A program made the position numbers and the translations under genes. The notes under the pieces were generated by a model. The model saw only the letters and a list, made by a program, of their open reading frames with translations. It had not been told where the DNA came from and searched no databases. Below are positions 25,053 to 32,877 of a stretch of DNA of 64,000 nucleotides, one piece after another (the first letter of the stretch is position 1; each line of letters opens with the position of its first letter). Location: IMG/VR virus record IMGVR_UViG_3300031088_000001, one strand, 5' to 3'. Source of the stretch: a virus.

Positions 25053-25779
25053 GGTTGCTGGCGATACCGAGTTTGAACAGCACGCCCGTGACGTTCGCCA
25101 AGTTGAGTTCCTTGCGTACCAAGCAGCGCTGCTCTCCTACGAGGGTAACCTGCGAGAGACGCCTGCCGACACGTATCACCCGCTGCCGCCGCTTCCTCCC
25201 AAAGGCTTGCAGGATGCGCTGTTCACCATCAAGCAGTCTCAGGAGTACATCAGCAAGCAGTGGCGTGGTGGAAATGAAATCAACGGCATTCCCACTCGGC
25301 GTGATCTGTACCTTGAACTCTGGACGATGCTCGAACGTCACAAAGAACTGTTGGCGCGGGTTTGTGGTGTGAAGATGCCACGCGTAGATGACGTGCATGG
25401 CTTCCTGCACACGCAGCGCAACCTAGACAGCAGCGAGTTGATCGCAGAACGTCTGGCCGAGTTTGGCAACCACCACTACCTGCACAAAGGTGACTTGTAC
25501 GGTGATCTGCGCAGAGCCATCGAGGCAATCGACCCAGCCGCTCGCGTCACCATTCACGGTAAGACGCGAACCATGTGGGTGCAGACTGAGTACATCCTGC
25601 TGGCGATCGGGTACATCGGCGGTGGTTATGTGCTGGCTGCGGACGCTGACATGGAGCTACCAGAGGGTGTGCAGCGCTTGAGCTACAAGACCTTGATCAC
25701 GGAGTTTGCTGTCCGTGCTGAGGAGTGGAAGAACCGTGACGAAGATACGCCGCTGGATCGACTCCTGCGACGTGAATGA
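25045..25779 (+). CDS. hypothetical protein (244 aa)
   Basis: Internal ATG of ORF 25018-25779. Followed by a strong terminator. Confidence 0.6.
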   Translation: MDKVAGDTEFEQHARDVRQVEFLAYQAALLSYEGNLRETPADTYHPLPPLPPKGLQDALFTIKQSQEYISKQWRGGNEINGIPTRRDLYLELWTMLERHKELLARVCGVKMPRVDDVHGFLHTQRNLDSSELIAERLAEFGNHHYLHKGDLYGDLRRAIEAIDPAARVTIHGKTRTMWVQTEYILLAIGYIGGGYVLAADADMELPEGVQRLSYKTLITEFAVRAEEWKNRDEDTPLDRLLRRE

Positions 25780-25781
25780 CC

Positions 25782-25818
25782 AAAGGGCGTGTGAGGCTTC
25801 GGCTTCCGCGCCCTTTTT
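25782..25818 (+). terminator. intrinsic terminator (about 12-bp stem, UUCG tetraloop, T5 tract)
   Basis: GGGCGTGTGAGGC-TTCG-GCTTCCGCGCCC followed by TTTTT, starting 3 nt after the stop of 25045-25779. Confidence 0.8.
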
Positions 25819-25868
25819 CGTTTGGCACTAATTTATACCCATAATTCCATCAACCGGAGCTTTGGGTA

Positions 25869-26129
25869 ATGATCGCAGAAGCGCTGACACAAGAAGACCG
25901 CAACATTCTGAGCAAGATGCTGGAAGACATTAAAGCCATCAGCGTGGTCAAGGAGCCAGGGAAGTATTTCGCATTCCTGAAGACAGCCATCAAGGTAGCA
26001 CAGCGTCGTGGTGCAGGCAGCTACGCGGATCGTTTCACCGACATGCTGCTGGGCGCGCAGCTCCAGTATCGGGCATACGAAAAGCGCCGTGACCAATATA
26101 ACCAGATGAACAAATCAAAGGTGGCATGA
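25869..26129 (+). CDS. hypothetical protein (86 aa)
   Basis: ORF between two terminators. GGAG lies about 10 nt upstream. Confidence 0.55.
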   Translation: MIAEALTQEDRNILSKMLEDIKAISVVKEPGKYFAFLKTAIKVAQRRGAGSYADRFTDMLLGAQLQYRAYEKRRDQYNQMNKSKVA

Positions 26130-26476
26130 TGGAGAAGACGACCTACACGTCGATCACTAAGGATGACCTGAACATCCTGGAAGCCCAGATGGTCGAACTG
26201 TTTGGCTGCACTAAGCTATGGCGTGGTGATGACGGCAAGCTGTTTGCAGAGGGTGGCGGGGACACGTGGTCGGGTGGGGAGTCGGACTTCAACTACGGGC
26301 TGCGCATTGCGAACAACCTGGGCTTTCGCCAGTATCAAGGGTCGAAGAACAACTGGGAGACGCGAGTGGGCTTCGTACAGAAGTTTACCACGGGTACGGT
26401 GTGGGCTGATTTCAAAGAGACAAAGGGTTGCAAGGAAATGGGATACCACACGTATCTGCGGATTTTCAGCAACTAA
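26126..26476 (+). CDS. hypothetical protein (116 aa)
   Basis: ATGA overlap upstream. Last gene of the + block. Confidence 0.6.
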   Translation: MMEKTTYTSITKDDLNILEAQMVELFGCTKLWRGDDGKLFAEGGGDTWSGGESDFNYGLRIANNLGFRQYQGSKNNWETRVGFVQKFTTGTVWADFKETKGCKEMGYHTYLRIFSN

Positions 26477-26480
26477 AGGA

Positions 26481-26505
26481 AAAGGGAGCCTAGGCTCCCT
26501 TTTTC
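26481..26505. terminator. bidirectional intrinsic terminator between the convergent blocks
   Basis: GGGAGC-CTAG-GCTCCC palindrome (26484-26499), flanked by an A-run on one side and TTTTT on the other. Confidence 0.8.
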
Positions 26506-26516
26506 AGGTCTACGGA

Positions 26517-26927
26517 TTAGCGCAGACGTTGGATGCGGTCTTGGTAGACCTTGATCTTGTGCCGAAGTTCCATGTTCTCGCGGGCATACTCCCACGCATG
26601 TTTCTCACCAGCTTTCGACGCACGGGCTTTACCCTTATCGCCAGTTTGGTCAGCAATGATCTTCTTGTTGTGCGCGATCTTCTTCTCCAGCTGCGCAACC
26701 ATCGACTCTAGCTTGTGGATACGATCATCCGCAGCCTTGTCTCGGGTCTTCTTGTCAGTAGCTTTGCGCTTCTGTTTGGCGTAGATGGAGTTTGGATGGT
26801 CCTTGACGTACTTGTCCTGCTTGCTCTTGGTGAGCTTCGCAAACCAGTTGCCAATGTTGAGCGCCTCAGCGCGATTACGGGCCCGTCTCTTTGGACGAGT
26901 CTTGGAGCGGCGCATCGTGGCAGCCAT
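26517..26927 (-). CDS. highly basic coiled-coil protein, unknown function
   Basis: MAATMRRSKTRPKRRARNR... is Lys/Arg-rich throughout. Last gene of the - strand operon. Confidence 0.6.
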   Translation of the reverse strand: MAATMRRSKTRPKRRARNRAEALNIGNWFAKLTKSKQDKYVKDHPNSIYAKQKRKATDKKTRDKAADDRIHKLESMVAQLEKKIAHNKKIIADQTGDKGKARASKAGEKHAWEYARENMELRHKIKVYQDRIQRLR

Positions 26928-26928
26928 G

Positions 26929-27129
26929 TTAACCTCGCTTGATCTTCGCTAACCTCTCAGGGAGTAGTTGTTTCACCCTGATCTTTTCTTCGTCGCTGTA
27001 GCCATTCCAGTCGCGCACTTCCGCGAGAGTTCGGCCACACCCTCTGCAATCCTCGTCACTCACACAATGGCTGCAACGGCCAACGCACGGACTTCCTGTG
27101 GGTGTATCACGATTTCCCATGATGCTCAT
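26929..27129 (-). CDS. DUF1289-like Cys-rich protein
   Basis: SPCVGRCSHCVSDEDCRGCGRTLAEVRDWNGYSDEEK matches the DUF1289 pattern SPC.G.C...C.GC.RT..E...W. The internal ATG forms an ATGA overlap with the upstream stop. Confidence 0.75.
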   Translation of the reverse strand: MSIMGNRDTPTGSPCVGRCSHCVSDEDCRGCGRTLAEVRDWNGYSDEEKIRVKQLLPERLAKIKRG

Positions 27130-27524
27130 GTTGCAACGATTCCCCATGCCATGATCAGGACTCTGATCGAAGCAGCAAGGCGAATGGACGTCCACGAACC
27201 TCCGAGAGCAATGGTACCAGTAGCGCCACGCAGCGCATACCCTGAGCCACTGTTCATGTTGAAACTGGAGTTCATGGTCGCCCATATCCTGTCGTAGACG
27301 TTTGCTTGTGCCGCAGCAACTGCGGTCACGCTGACGTGCATCGGTGCAGATGCGAACTTGGCAGCAGACCAATCAACGGTGAAGTTGCCGTTGGTATCTG
27401 TCACCGCCTCGCCCATCCAGACTCGCAACGAGCCTGACTTCAATGCACCGTCCTTCGTGTACACGGAGATACCAGGTAGAATCTCCTTGTTCGTAGGTAC
27501 GATCACCTTGCCGTTGATCTTCAT
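27126..27524 (-). CDS. hypothetical protein (132 aa)
   Basis: ORF 3 nt downstream of the Nudix gene stop. Confidence 0.6.
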   Translation of the reverse strand: MKINGKVIVPTNKEILPGISVYTKDGALKSGSLRVWMGEAVTDTNGNFTVDWSAAKFASAPMHVSVTAVAAAQANVYDRIWATMNSSFNMNSGSGYALRGATGTIALGGSWTSIRLAASIRVLIMAWGIVAT

Positions 27525-27527
27525 GCG

Positions 27528-28265
27528 TCACTCCTTGATCGGTTGTCCCTCGGCGAGTGTGTTGCTGATGAAGCGGCCGACGACCCGACTCACTACACCG
27601 ACGACGTTATCCAGCGTGGTGTGTTTGAAGTGCTGCGCTTCGTGATTGCCGTGCATGTAGTCCCAATGAACAGTCACTTTCTCGGCAGTTGGGTGTTGGC
27701 CCCAGTCCTCGATACGCAGACGCAAGGTACGATCATCACCCTGCTTGACGATCACGTTGACGGTGTTGTCGTCTGCGACGTCCACTTCACCAGCGTTGTC
27801 CACGATCACGGGCAGCGCACGCACGAACTGAGCGATGTTGTCCATGTTGCTGTTGGCTGCAAGGCCGAGCATACGCTCTTCCTTGAGAGCTTTCAGCATT
27901 GGACGAATCAACTTCGGTACGGTCTTCATGGCGTCTTTGTACGAGAACCACTTACGCTTGCGCAGATGCTTCTCAGGCCAGTCTTCTGTATCGCGAGTGT
28001 ACAGCATACCGTACATCGTGACCTTCTGGTCCTTGCCCTGCTTCTTGTACTCGTACTTGCCAAGCGTGCTCAGGATGCGACCTGTAACACCCGCCTCTTC
28101 GTAGGTCTCCTTGAGCGCCGATTGCTGTGGCGTCAAGTCAGGCTCTACGCCACCCTTGGGGAATACCCAGTTCTTACCGTCGCTCGACTTGACCAGCAAG
28201 ATTTCGTAGTCGAACTTGCGGTTGTAGCGGAAGACGACGCAACCACTCTGTTTACGCACAGCCAT
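27528..28265 (-). CDS. Nudix hydrolase with an unknown C-terminal extension of about 110 aa
   Basis: Nudix box GGVEPDLTPQQSALKETYEEAGV (G-x5-E-x7-[RK]-E-x2-EE-x-G-U), preceded by WVFPKG. Confidence 0.85.
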   Translation of the reverse strand: MAVRKQSGCVVFRYNRKFDYEILLVKSSDGKNWVFPKGGVEPDLTPQQSALKETYEEAGVTGRILSTLGKYEYKKQGKDQKVTMYGMLYTRDTEDWPEKHLRKRKWFSYKDAMKTVPKLIRPMLKALKEERMLGLAANSNMDNIAQFVRALPVIVDNAGEVDVADDNTVNVIVKQGDDRTLRLRIEDWGQHPTAEKVTVHWDYMHGNHEAQHFKHTTLDNVVGVVSRVVGRFISNTLAEGQPIKE

Positions 28266-28890
28266 TTTCAGGCTCCTTCCAGGCTACTCGCGGAGCTTCA
28301 CGCGACTCGCGGCGCTCTCGCAACTTGGTGAACAGATCCTCGAACATGCGGCGCACAGCAGCGAACGGGTCATTGTCACTGGCTTCGGCAGTCAGTGGCT
28401 CTGGCGCTCCTGCATTAGGCTCAGCGACAGGCGCTTCGACTGGGCACAGTTGTTCTTTCGGGTCGTGCCAGACACCTTCAGGATCGAGAATCCAGTTGTC
28501 TGGAATCACGATGCCACGATCGAGGTCTTCCAGTCGGCGATTGGCAACGCGAATCTGGTCGAGCGCCTTGTTGCGGCAGATACGCAGGGTGCGTTCCCAC
28601 TCAGCGACGATATCCTCGTAGGTACTGACGAAAGTGCTGTCAATGTCCTTGACGGTGATGGCGTCGTAGAAGTATTTGCCAGTGATGTTCCCGTCGGTGT
28701 CCGACTCGGCGCACTGCAAGGCTAGATCGTAGGTGACCTTGGAGCCGCTGAACTGCACCTTGTCGATGCGACCCTTGAGCGCCATTGCGTCTGCTACTTC
28801 AGGACGCAGGTTCCACATATCGGGATAGAAGTAGACGATGGTGCCAATCGCGTAACGGCTCGGCAGTGCCGAAGCAATGGAGATAATCAT
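28252..28890 (-). CDS. hypothetical protein (212 aa)
   Basis: Internal ATG 28890 lies 4 nt after the upstream stop, with AGGGTG as SD. The longest ORF starts at 28926. Confidence 0.55.
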   Translation of the reverse strand: MIISIASALPSRYAIGTIVYFYPDMWNLRPEVADAMALKGRIDKVQFSGSKVTYDLALQCAESDTDGNITGKYFYDAITVKDIDSTFVSTYEDIVAEWERTLRICRNKALDQIRVANRRLEDLDRGIVIPDNWILDPEGVWHDPKEQLCPVEAPVAEPNAGAPEPLTAEASDNDPFAAVRRMFEDLFTKLRERRESREAPRVAWKEPENGCA

Positions 28891-28894
28891 GGGA

Positions 28895-29347
28895 TCACCC
28901 TTGAGCAGGTACCAGGAAGTCTTCACGGCCGTCGCCGTAAGTCACGTAGAAGCCTTTGCGATTCAGCGGATGCTTGGAGATATACTCGGCATCCACGTCA
29001 ACGAAGATTTCTTCGTCGTAGGCGCAGAAGATGCGATGACCTTCGATCTTGCCTACTGGGAAGATTTCCAGAATCTCGTCCTCGTGAGGCTCGGCTGCCT
29101 CGGTCTGGTCGAGGTAGGCGTTGGAAACAGTGACGCTGATCAGGTCAACCTGCTCGCCTTCTTGAACAGATTCCACATCGAGGTGTACTTCGATACCTTG
29201 GCGGGTAACGATCACGCTCTCACCACTTGGAGCGAGTGCAGCGTCCATGAACAGGTCGCGGACCTGCTGCATGTCTTCGATGGTTGGTTGCCAGTCTTCG
29301 TTACCTTCGACTGTTACGTGAAACACATCGCGTTTTTGCTGAGTCAT
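28895..29347 (-). CDS. acidic hypothetical protein (150 aa)
   Basis: ATG preceded by AAGGAA. Confidence 0.6.
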   Translation of the reverse strand: MTQQKRDVFHVTVEGNEDWQPTIEDMQQVRDLFMDAALAPSGESVIVTRQGIEVHLDVESVQEGEQVDLISVTVSNAYLDQTEAAEPHEDEILEIFPVGKIEGHRIFCAYDEEIFVDVDAEYISKHPLNRKGFYVTYGDGREDFLVPAQG

Positions 29348-29366
29348 GGTAATTCCTTGATTGAAG

Positions 29367-30254
29367 TTATGCAGCTTGAATGTCTGCTGTCTTTGTATTC
29401 GGGAACGCTCGACCAGTACCCCAAATCAAGCGGCAAGCGCCATTTTGTGCAGCAGTTCCAGGCCCAGAGGAGCCGGCGCCATAGTAAGGGCCTGGGGACG
29501 AACCTGGGACACCGTGATCAGACCTATTAAGCGGTACTCCATTTTCAGCCTTACCTTGCAATCCAACACCGCCACCTATGTAACTACTACCTCCGGACCC
29601 TGGCATTGACACACCAGTACCGCCACCGCTATCGACGTCTGGAGCACCACCTATATTCCATGAGTAATAACCAGAAGTACCGGAACCGCCGTTACCTCCT
29701 TTACCGCCGTTACCTGTGTAGCCTGCTGCTCCGCCGCCTCCGCCACTTGACGCATCATTCGGACCAGACCAAGAACCACCAAATCCACCATTACCACCGT
29801 TGCCACCACCTTTGTTTGTCAACGACACATGATGGGTGTAAGTACCTCCAAGGCCTCCAGGCCCACTGCCATTTGAAAACGACCCTGCGCGTCCATGGCG
29901 ACCAGATGTTGCAGCCATAAGCACGACACCTTTGCGGGATACGCTAGTCACCACGGTGCTAACAGCATTGTATATGGCCGTAACTTGCGAGGCTTGACCG
30001 ACCACGATATCAAGAACTTCGCCGGGTGTTACTGGAATTTCGTTGGCCCAGCATAAGGCACCACCGCCACCGCCACCACCCATGCGGCGACCATTTTCTC
30101 CGCTGCCTGCTCTACCGCCAGGGCCTACGCACACGGCACTAAGCATAGTGACCCCGTCGGGTACAACGAACTGTCGAGATTCGAGAATCGTGATCTGGCC
30201 AATTGGTTGTCTTGGGACCAAGCTGGGGGATTGTCTAGGAATTAGAGTCAGCAT
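29367..30254 (-). CDS. glycine-rich fibre-like protein (paralog 1) with an MLTLIP N-terminal tag
   Basis: Internal ATG after AGGAAG. VVPDGVTMLSAVCVGPGGRAG...GGGGGGGALCWANEIPVTPGEVLDIVVG, long Gly runs, and C-terminus CRLIWGTGRAFPNTKTADIQAA. Confidence 0.7.
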   Translation of the reverse strand: MLTLIPRQSPSLVPRQPIGQITILESRQFVVPDGVTMLSAVCVGPGGRAGSGENGRRMGGGGGGGALCWANEIPVTPGEVLDIVVGQASQVTAIYNAVSTVVTSVSRKGVVLMAATSGRHGRAGSFSNGSGPGGLGGTYTHHVSLTNKGGGNGGNGGFGGSWSGPNDASSGGGGGAAGYTGNGGKGGNGGSGTSGYYSWNIGGAPDVDSGGGTGVSMPGSGGSSYIGGGVGLQGKAENGVPLNRSDHGVPGSSPGPYYGAGSSGPGTAAQNGACRLIWGTGRAFPNTKTADIQAA

Positions 30255-30356
30255 TGTACTTCCTGTGGGTGCCTTTAACACCCGTGCGTCGCATCTGCGA
30301 GGTGATCGCCGTAAGGAAGGCACCGTTCCAGACAGCTTTAGATCATGTTGCGTCAG

Positions 30357-30373
30357 TTTTCGATTACACGTTT
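30357..30373. repeat. 17-nt direct repeat TTTTCGATTACACGTTT (copy 1 of 2)
   Basis: Identical to 31187-31203, which encodes the last residues of the endolysin-like gene. Here it is non-coding and sits just upstream (in - strand sense) of paralog 1. Confidence 0.8.
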
Positions 30374-30377
30374 GGTA

Positions 30378-31175
30378 CTAGGCAGCTTCTGTAATGTCCG
30401 CTGTTCTGGTTTTAGGGAAGGCGCGACCTTTACCCCAGATGAATCGCACAGCGCCACCTTGAGCTTCCGCACCTCCAAAGAATGGACCCGGTGGGGAACC
30501 GTTAGCTTGCGCAGAGTATCCGGTGAAGCTGCCTTGACCGTTTGTTCCTTGGCCTTGCAAACCTACGCCTCCGCTGGCACTACCCTTGTTGGAGCCGCCG
30601 CCTCCACCTGCACCGACACCACCGCCGACCGAGCCATTAGCAAAGCCACCGTCACCCGCATATCCACCAGCGCCACCAGCTGAGGGTGGAGCGCTACCTG
30701 ACGTCATACCGTTAGAGCCCGCGGCACCCTTACCACCACCCCACGTACCTGCAGGCAAAGTAGATGTGAACGTACCGCCAGCACCACCCGTTCGCTGGGG
30801 AGTGCCGCCATTGGCTGAGTTCCCATTGCCGCCATTCTTACCTGCACCAGCGCGCAGTATGACGGTGCCGTTGACTGCGATGGTCGTATCTGTCTGACTT
30901 CCAAGGGTACCAATCTTTACTTCGATGGTATCACCAGGGTTAACAGGTAAGGAGTTTGCCCAACATAGTGCACCGCCTCCACCAGCACCTGCGAAGTAGG
31001 TTACGCTGGGAAAACCAAAGACATAGTTGGCACCACGAGTACCACCTGATCCCACCGCTACGACGCAAAGATTCTCAGCTCCGTCTGGAACAGTGAAGGT
31101 TTGCGAAGAGGTCAGCGTCTGCTGTCCAACAACCGTCGATGGCATGCTTGACTTGACTGGGATTAGCGTGAGCAT
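30378..31175 (-). CDS. glycine-rich fibre-like protein (paralog 2) with an MLTLIP N-terminal tag
   Basis: FTVPDGAENLCVVAVGSGG...GGGGALCWANSLPVNPGDTIEVKIG, Gly runs, and C-terminus VRFIWGKGRAFPKTRTADITEAA. GAGGAA SD. Confidence 0.7.
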   Translation of the reverse strand: MLTLIPVKSSMPSTVVGQQTLTSSQTFTVPDGAENLCVVAVGSGGTRGANYVFGFPSVTYFAGAGGGGALCWANSLPVNPGDTIEVKIGTLGSQTDTTIAVNGTVILRAGAGKNGGNGNSANGGTPQRTGGAGGTFTSTLPAGTWGGGKGAAGSNGMTSGSAPPSAGGAGGYAGDGGFANGSVGGGVGAGGGGGSNKGSASGGVGLQGQGTNGQGSFTGYSAQANGSPPGPFFGGAEAQGGAVRFIWGKGRAFPKTRTADITEAA

Positions 31176-31182
31176 CCGTTCC

Positions 31183-31644
31183 TCACTTTTCGATTACACG
31201 TTTACGGTTGGAGAGCGTGCAGGAAACGCTGATCCAATGTTCCTTGTGCTGCAGGACGTCGAAGTCCTTGAGCGATTTGATGAACGCGAAGATGGCGTCG
31301 TTATCACCACGCAGGCATACAGCTTGCGCGGTGTAGTGCTGCTTCATCGCCAGATACTCTTGCCACTGCTGTTCGCGGATGGGCTTCTTGTTCTCGATAC
31401 ACCACATGGCGAACGCTTTGCGGCTGTACTCGCGCTCCAGGTTCTCGCAGCGATACCACGACGTGATGTACTGCGGCCCAAGCTCAGCCCACAAAGGCTC
31501 AAGCACTTTCTCGGCAAGCAAGGCCGCGTTGTCTGCGTAGTCCTGATTGGGTACGATGTTGTCGATGCCAAGGCGGAATGCCGTTTCGTCGAACTGGACG
31601 TCGTACATGGTGAAGCTCTTGCTGATCTGAATACGGTTGTCCAT
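31183..31644 (-). CDS. putative endolysin, divergent peptidase M15 (VanY / M15_3-like)
   Basis: FTMYDVQFDETAFRLGIDNIVPNQDYADNAALLAEKVLEPLW...ITSWYRCENL follows the N-terminal M15 pattern (F.l.Ef..S.tA...gIdN.P......N...L...vL.p.r......i.SgyR...lN). The metal-ligand positions look altered. It lies next to the holin and spanin candidates. Confidence 0.5.
   Translation of the reverse strand: MDNRIQISKSFTMYDVQFDETAFRLGIDNIVPNQDYADNAALLAEKVLEPLWAELGPQYITSWYRCENLEREYSRKAFAMWCIENKKPIREQQWQEYLAMKQHYTAQAVCLRGDNDAIFAFIKSLKDFDVLQHKEHWISVSCTLSNRKRVIEK
31187..31203. repeat. 17-nt direct repeat TTTTCGATTACACGTTT (copy 2 of 2)
   Basis: Lies within the 3' end of 31183-31644, where the - strand reads AAACGTGTAATCGAAAA = K R V I E K. 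Confidence 0.8.
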
Positions 31645-32111
31645 TACATCACCAGGAAAATGCCCATGAATATGATGACTGCCTTGTGGATCAGCAGCTC
31701 GGTTGTGAGTTCGCGGTACTGCTGGCGTCGCTGGTTCTCGGTGTCAGCGTAGCGCTCTGCGTAGTAGTTACCACGTTCCTCTTCCAGCTTGAGATTCTCC
31801 AGCATCAGGTTGCGCTGGGTCACCAAGCCGTTGTGCGCTGTGAGCAGTAACTGCAACGCTTCGGTGTTCTGCTTGGCTGCTTGCCGATAGGCATTCAGTT
31901 GGTTCATCCCAGCAGTGTCCAGAGTGGCGAAGCGCTCCTCGCCAATCGTCTGAATCTTGATCTGGGGCACCGCAGGTAGATCGACAGCTTTGGCGTTGAG
32001 ACTGTCCACTGGAGCCAACGCGCTGTAGCGATCACTCTTGTCTGGCTGCACTTGGGTCATGCTGCACCCAGTGAGTACGCTCAAGGCGAGCACTGCCAAT
32101 ACCATTTTCAT
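31644..32111 (-). CDS. candidate unimolecular spanin (lipoprotein signal, coiled coil, C-terminal TM)
   Basis: MKMVLAVLALSVLTGC carries the lipobox LTGC. The central part is heptad-like (NQLNAYRQAAKQNTEALQLLL...). The C-terminus is LIHKAVIIFMGIFLVM. ATG 32111 chosen; ATG 32105 is also possible. Confidence 0.55.
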   Translation of the reverse strand: MKMVLAVLALSVLTGCSMTQVQPDKSDRYSALAPVDSLNAKAVDLPAVPQIKIQTIGEERFATLDTAGMNQLNAYRQAAKQNTEALQLLLTAHNGLVTQRNLMLENLKLEEERGNYYAERYADTENQRRQQYRELTTELLIHKAVIIFMGIFLVM

Positions 32112-32162
32112 GTTCGTTACCTGTGCGAAAACCCGCAGCACGGTCAGCACTGCGGGTCCTGG

Positions 32163-32561
32163 TTATGCGCTTTTGGGCGCGTCGGGTAGTTGCTGGACGA
32201 TTTCCTGCATCTTCGCCTCTTGCACTTGGATCGCAGCCTCTTGGCGAGCGATCACGTCAGCGGCAGCACCGGTCACAGGTACCTTGTTGAGCAAGTTGTC
32301 GCACGCAAAGCCAATGGCCATGTACGTCAGCTTGGACGACTCAGGGTCTGTGATGATGGTGAACGCAAACGCTGCAATCGTACCGATGATGGCAGTCTGC
32401 GAGCGCACTGGGTTTGTGGTCCAGTAAGCCAGCAGCCCGATATCGAGTTCACGACAGCGCTTTGCCCAGTTAATGAGAACGCCAATGACAACGCACAGGA
32501 AGTACGTCAGTGCCACGGCGGGTTCGACACCAAGTAGCCCTTTGACTGCCTCGGTTATCAT
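32163..32561 (-). CDS. putative holin (2-3 TM helices, charged C-terminus)
   Basis: TM segments AVALTYFLCVVIGVLINWA and TAIIGTIAAFAFTIIT, a possible third at LTYMAIGFA, then a hydrophilic tail. Sits in the lysis cluster. Confidence 0.6.
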   Translation of the reverse strand: MITEAVKGLLGVEPAVALTYFLCVVIGVLINWAKRCRELDIGLLAYWTTNPVRSQTAIIGTIAAFAFTIITDPESSKLTYMAIGFACDNLLNKVPVTGAAADVIARQEAAIQVQEAKMQEIVQQLPDAPKSA

Positions 32562-32572
32562 GTTGCACGCTC

Positions 32573-32875
32573 CTACTTATCCTCGTTCCAGTTGCGCACA
32601 GCATCGTCCAAACTCTTGTCGGGAGTGACGGGCTTTGGAGCCAGGGTCTGTTCGATCTGCGTGTGTTGGTCCTTTATCACGACCTGCTGTTGCTCCAGGT
32701 CTTTGACGTTTTCATCCGCCTTGGTCATATCTGGTGGAGGTGGAGCAGTCACAGTTGAGCTACTACCACCCTTGGGAAAGGCGCGCACAACAACCGCTAC
32801 TGCCACCCCGAGCAGCAAAGCTCCCAACCACTTGAGCCACTTCACGGAAGAAGTCAACGCACCTTTAACGTCCAT
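32573..32875 (-). CDS. single-pass membrane protein (antiholin, i-spanin-like, or unknown)
   Basis: N-terminal TM WLGALLLGVAVAVVVRAF followed by a Pro-rich and charged segment. Confidence 0.55.
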   Translation of the reverse strand: MDVKGALTSSVKWLKWLGALLLGVAVAVVVRAFPKGGSSSTVTAPPPPDMTKADENVKDLEQQQVVIKDQHTQIEQTLAPKPVTPDKSLDDAVRNWNEDK

Positions 32876-32877
32876 AG

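Noticed and set aside
25822-25845. sigma70-like promoter for the isolated two-gene unit (TTGGCA ... CATAAT)
   Set aside because: The spacer between the good -35 (TTGGCA) and the -10 (CATAAT) is only 12 nt. With an 18-nt spacer the -35 would be TTTCGT, which is poor. The signal is too weak to report as a feature.
30586-30897. Pro-rich ORFs on the + strand (30586-30897, 30043-30381, 56634-56870, 57444-57866, 59025-59234)
   Set aside because: They are the reverse-complement reading of Gly-rich and collagen-like coding sequence, where GGN triplets read as NCC on the other strand. They are artefacts of the real - strand genes.
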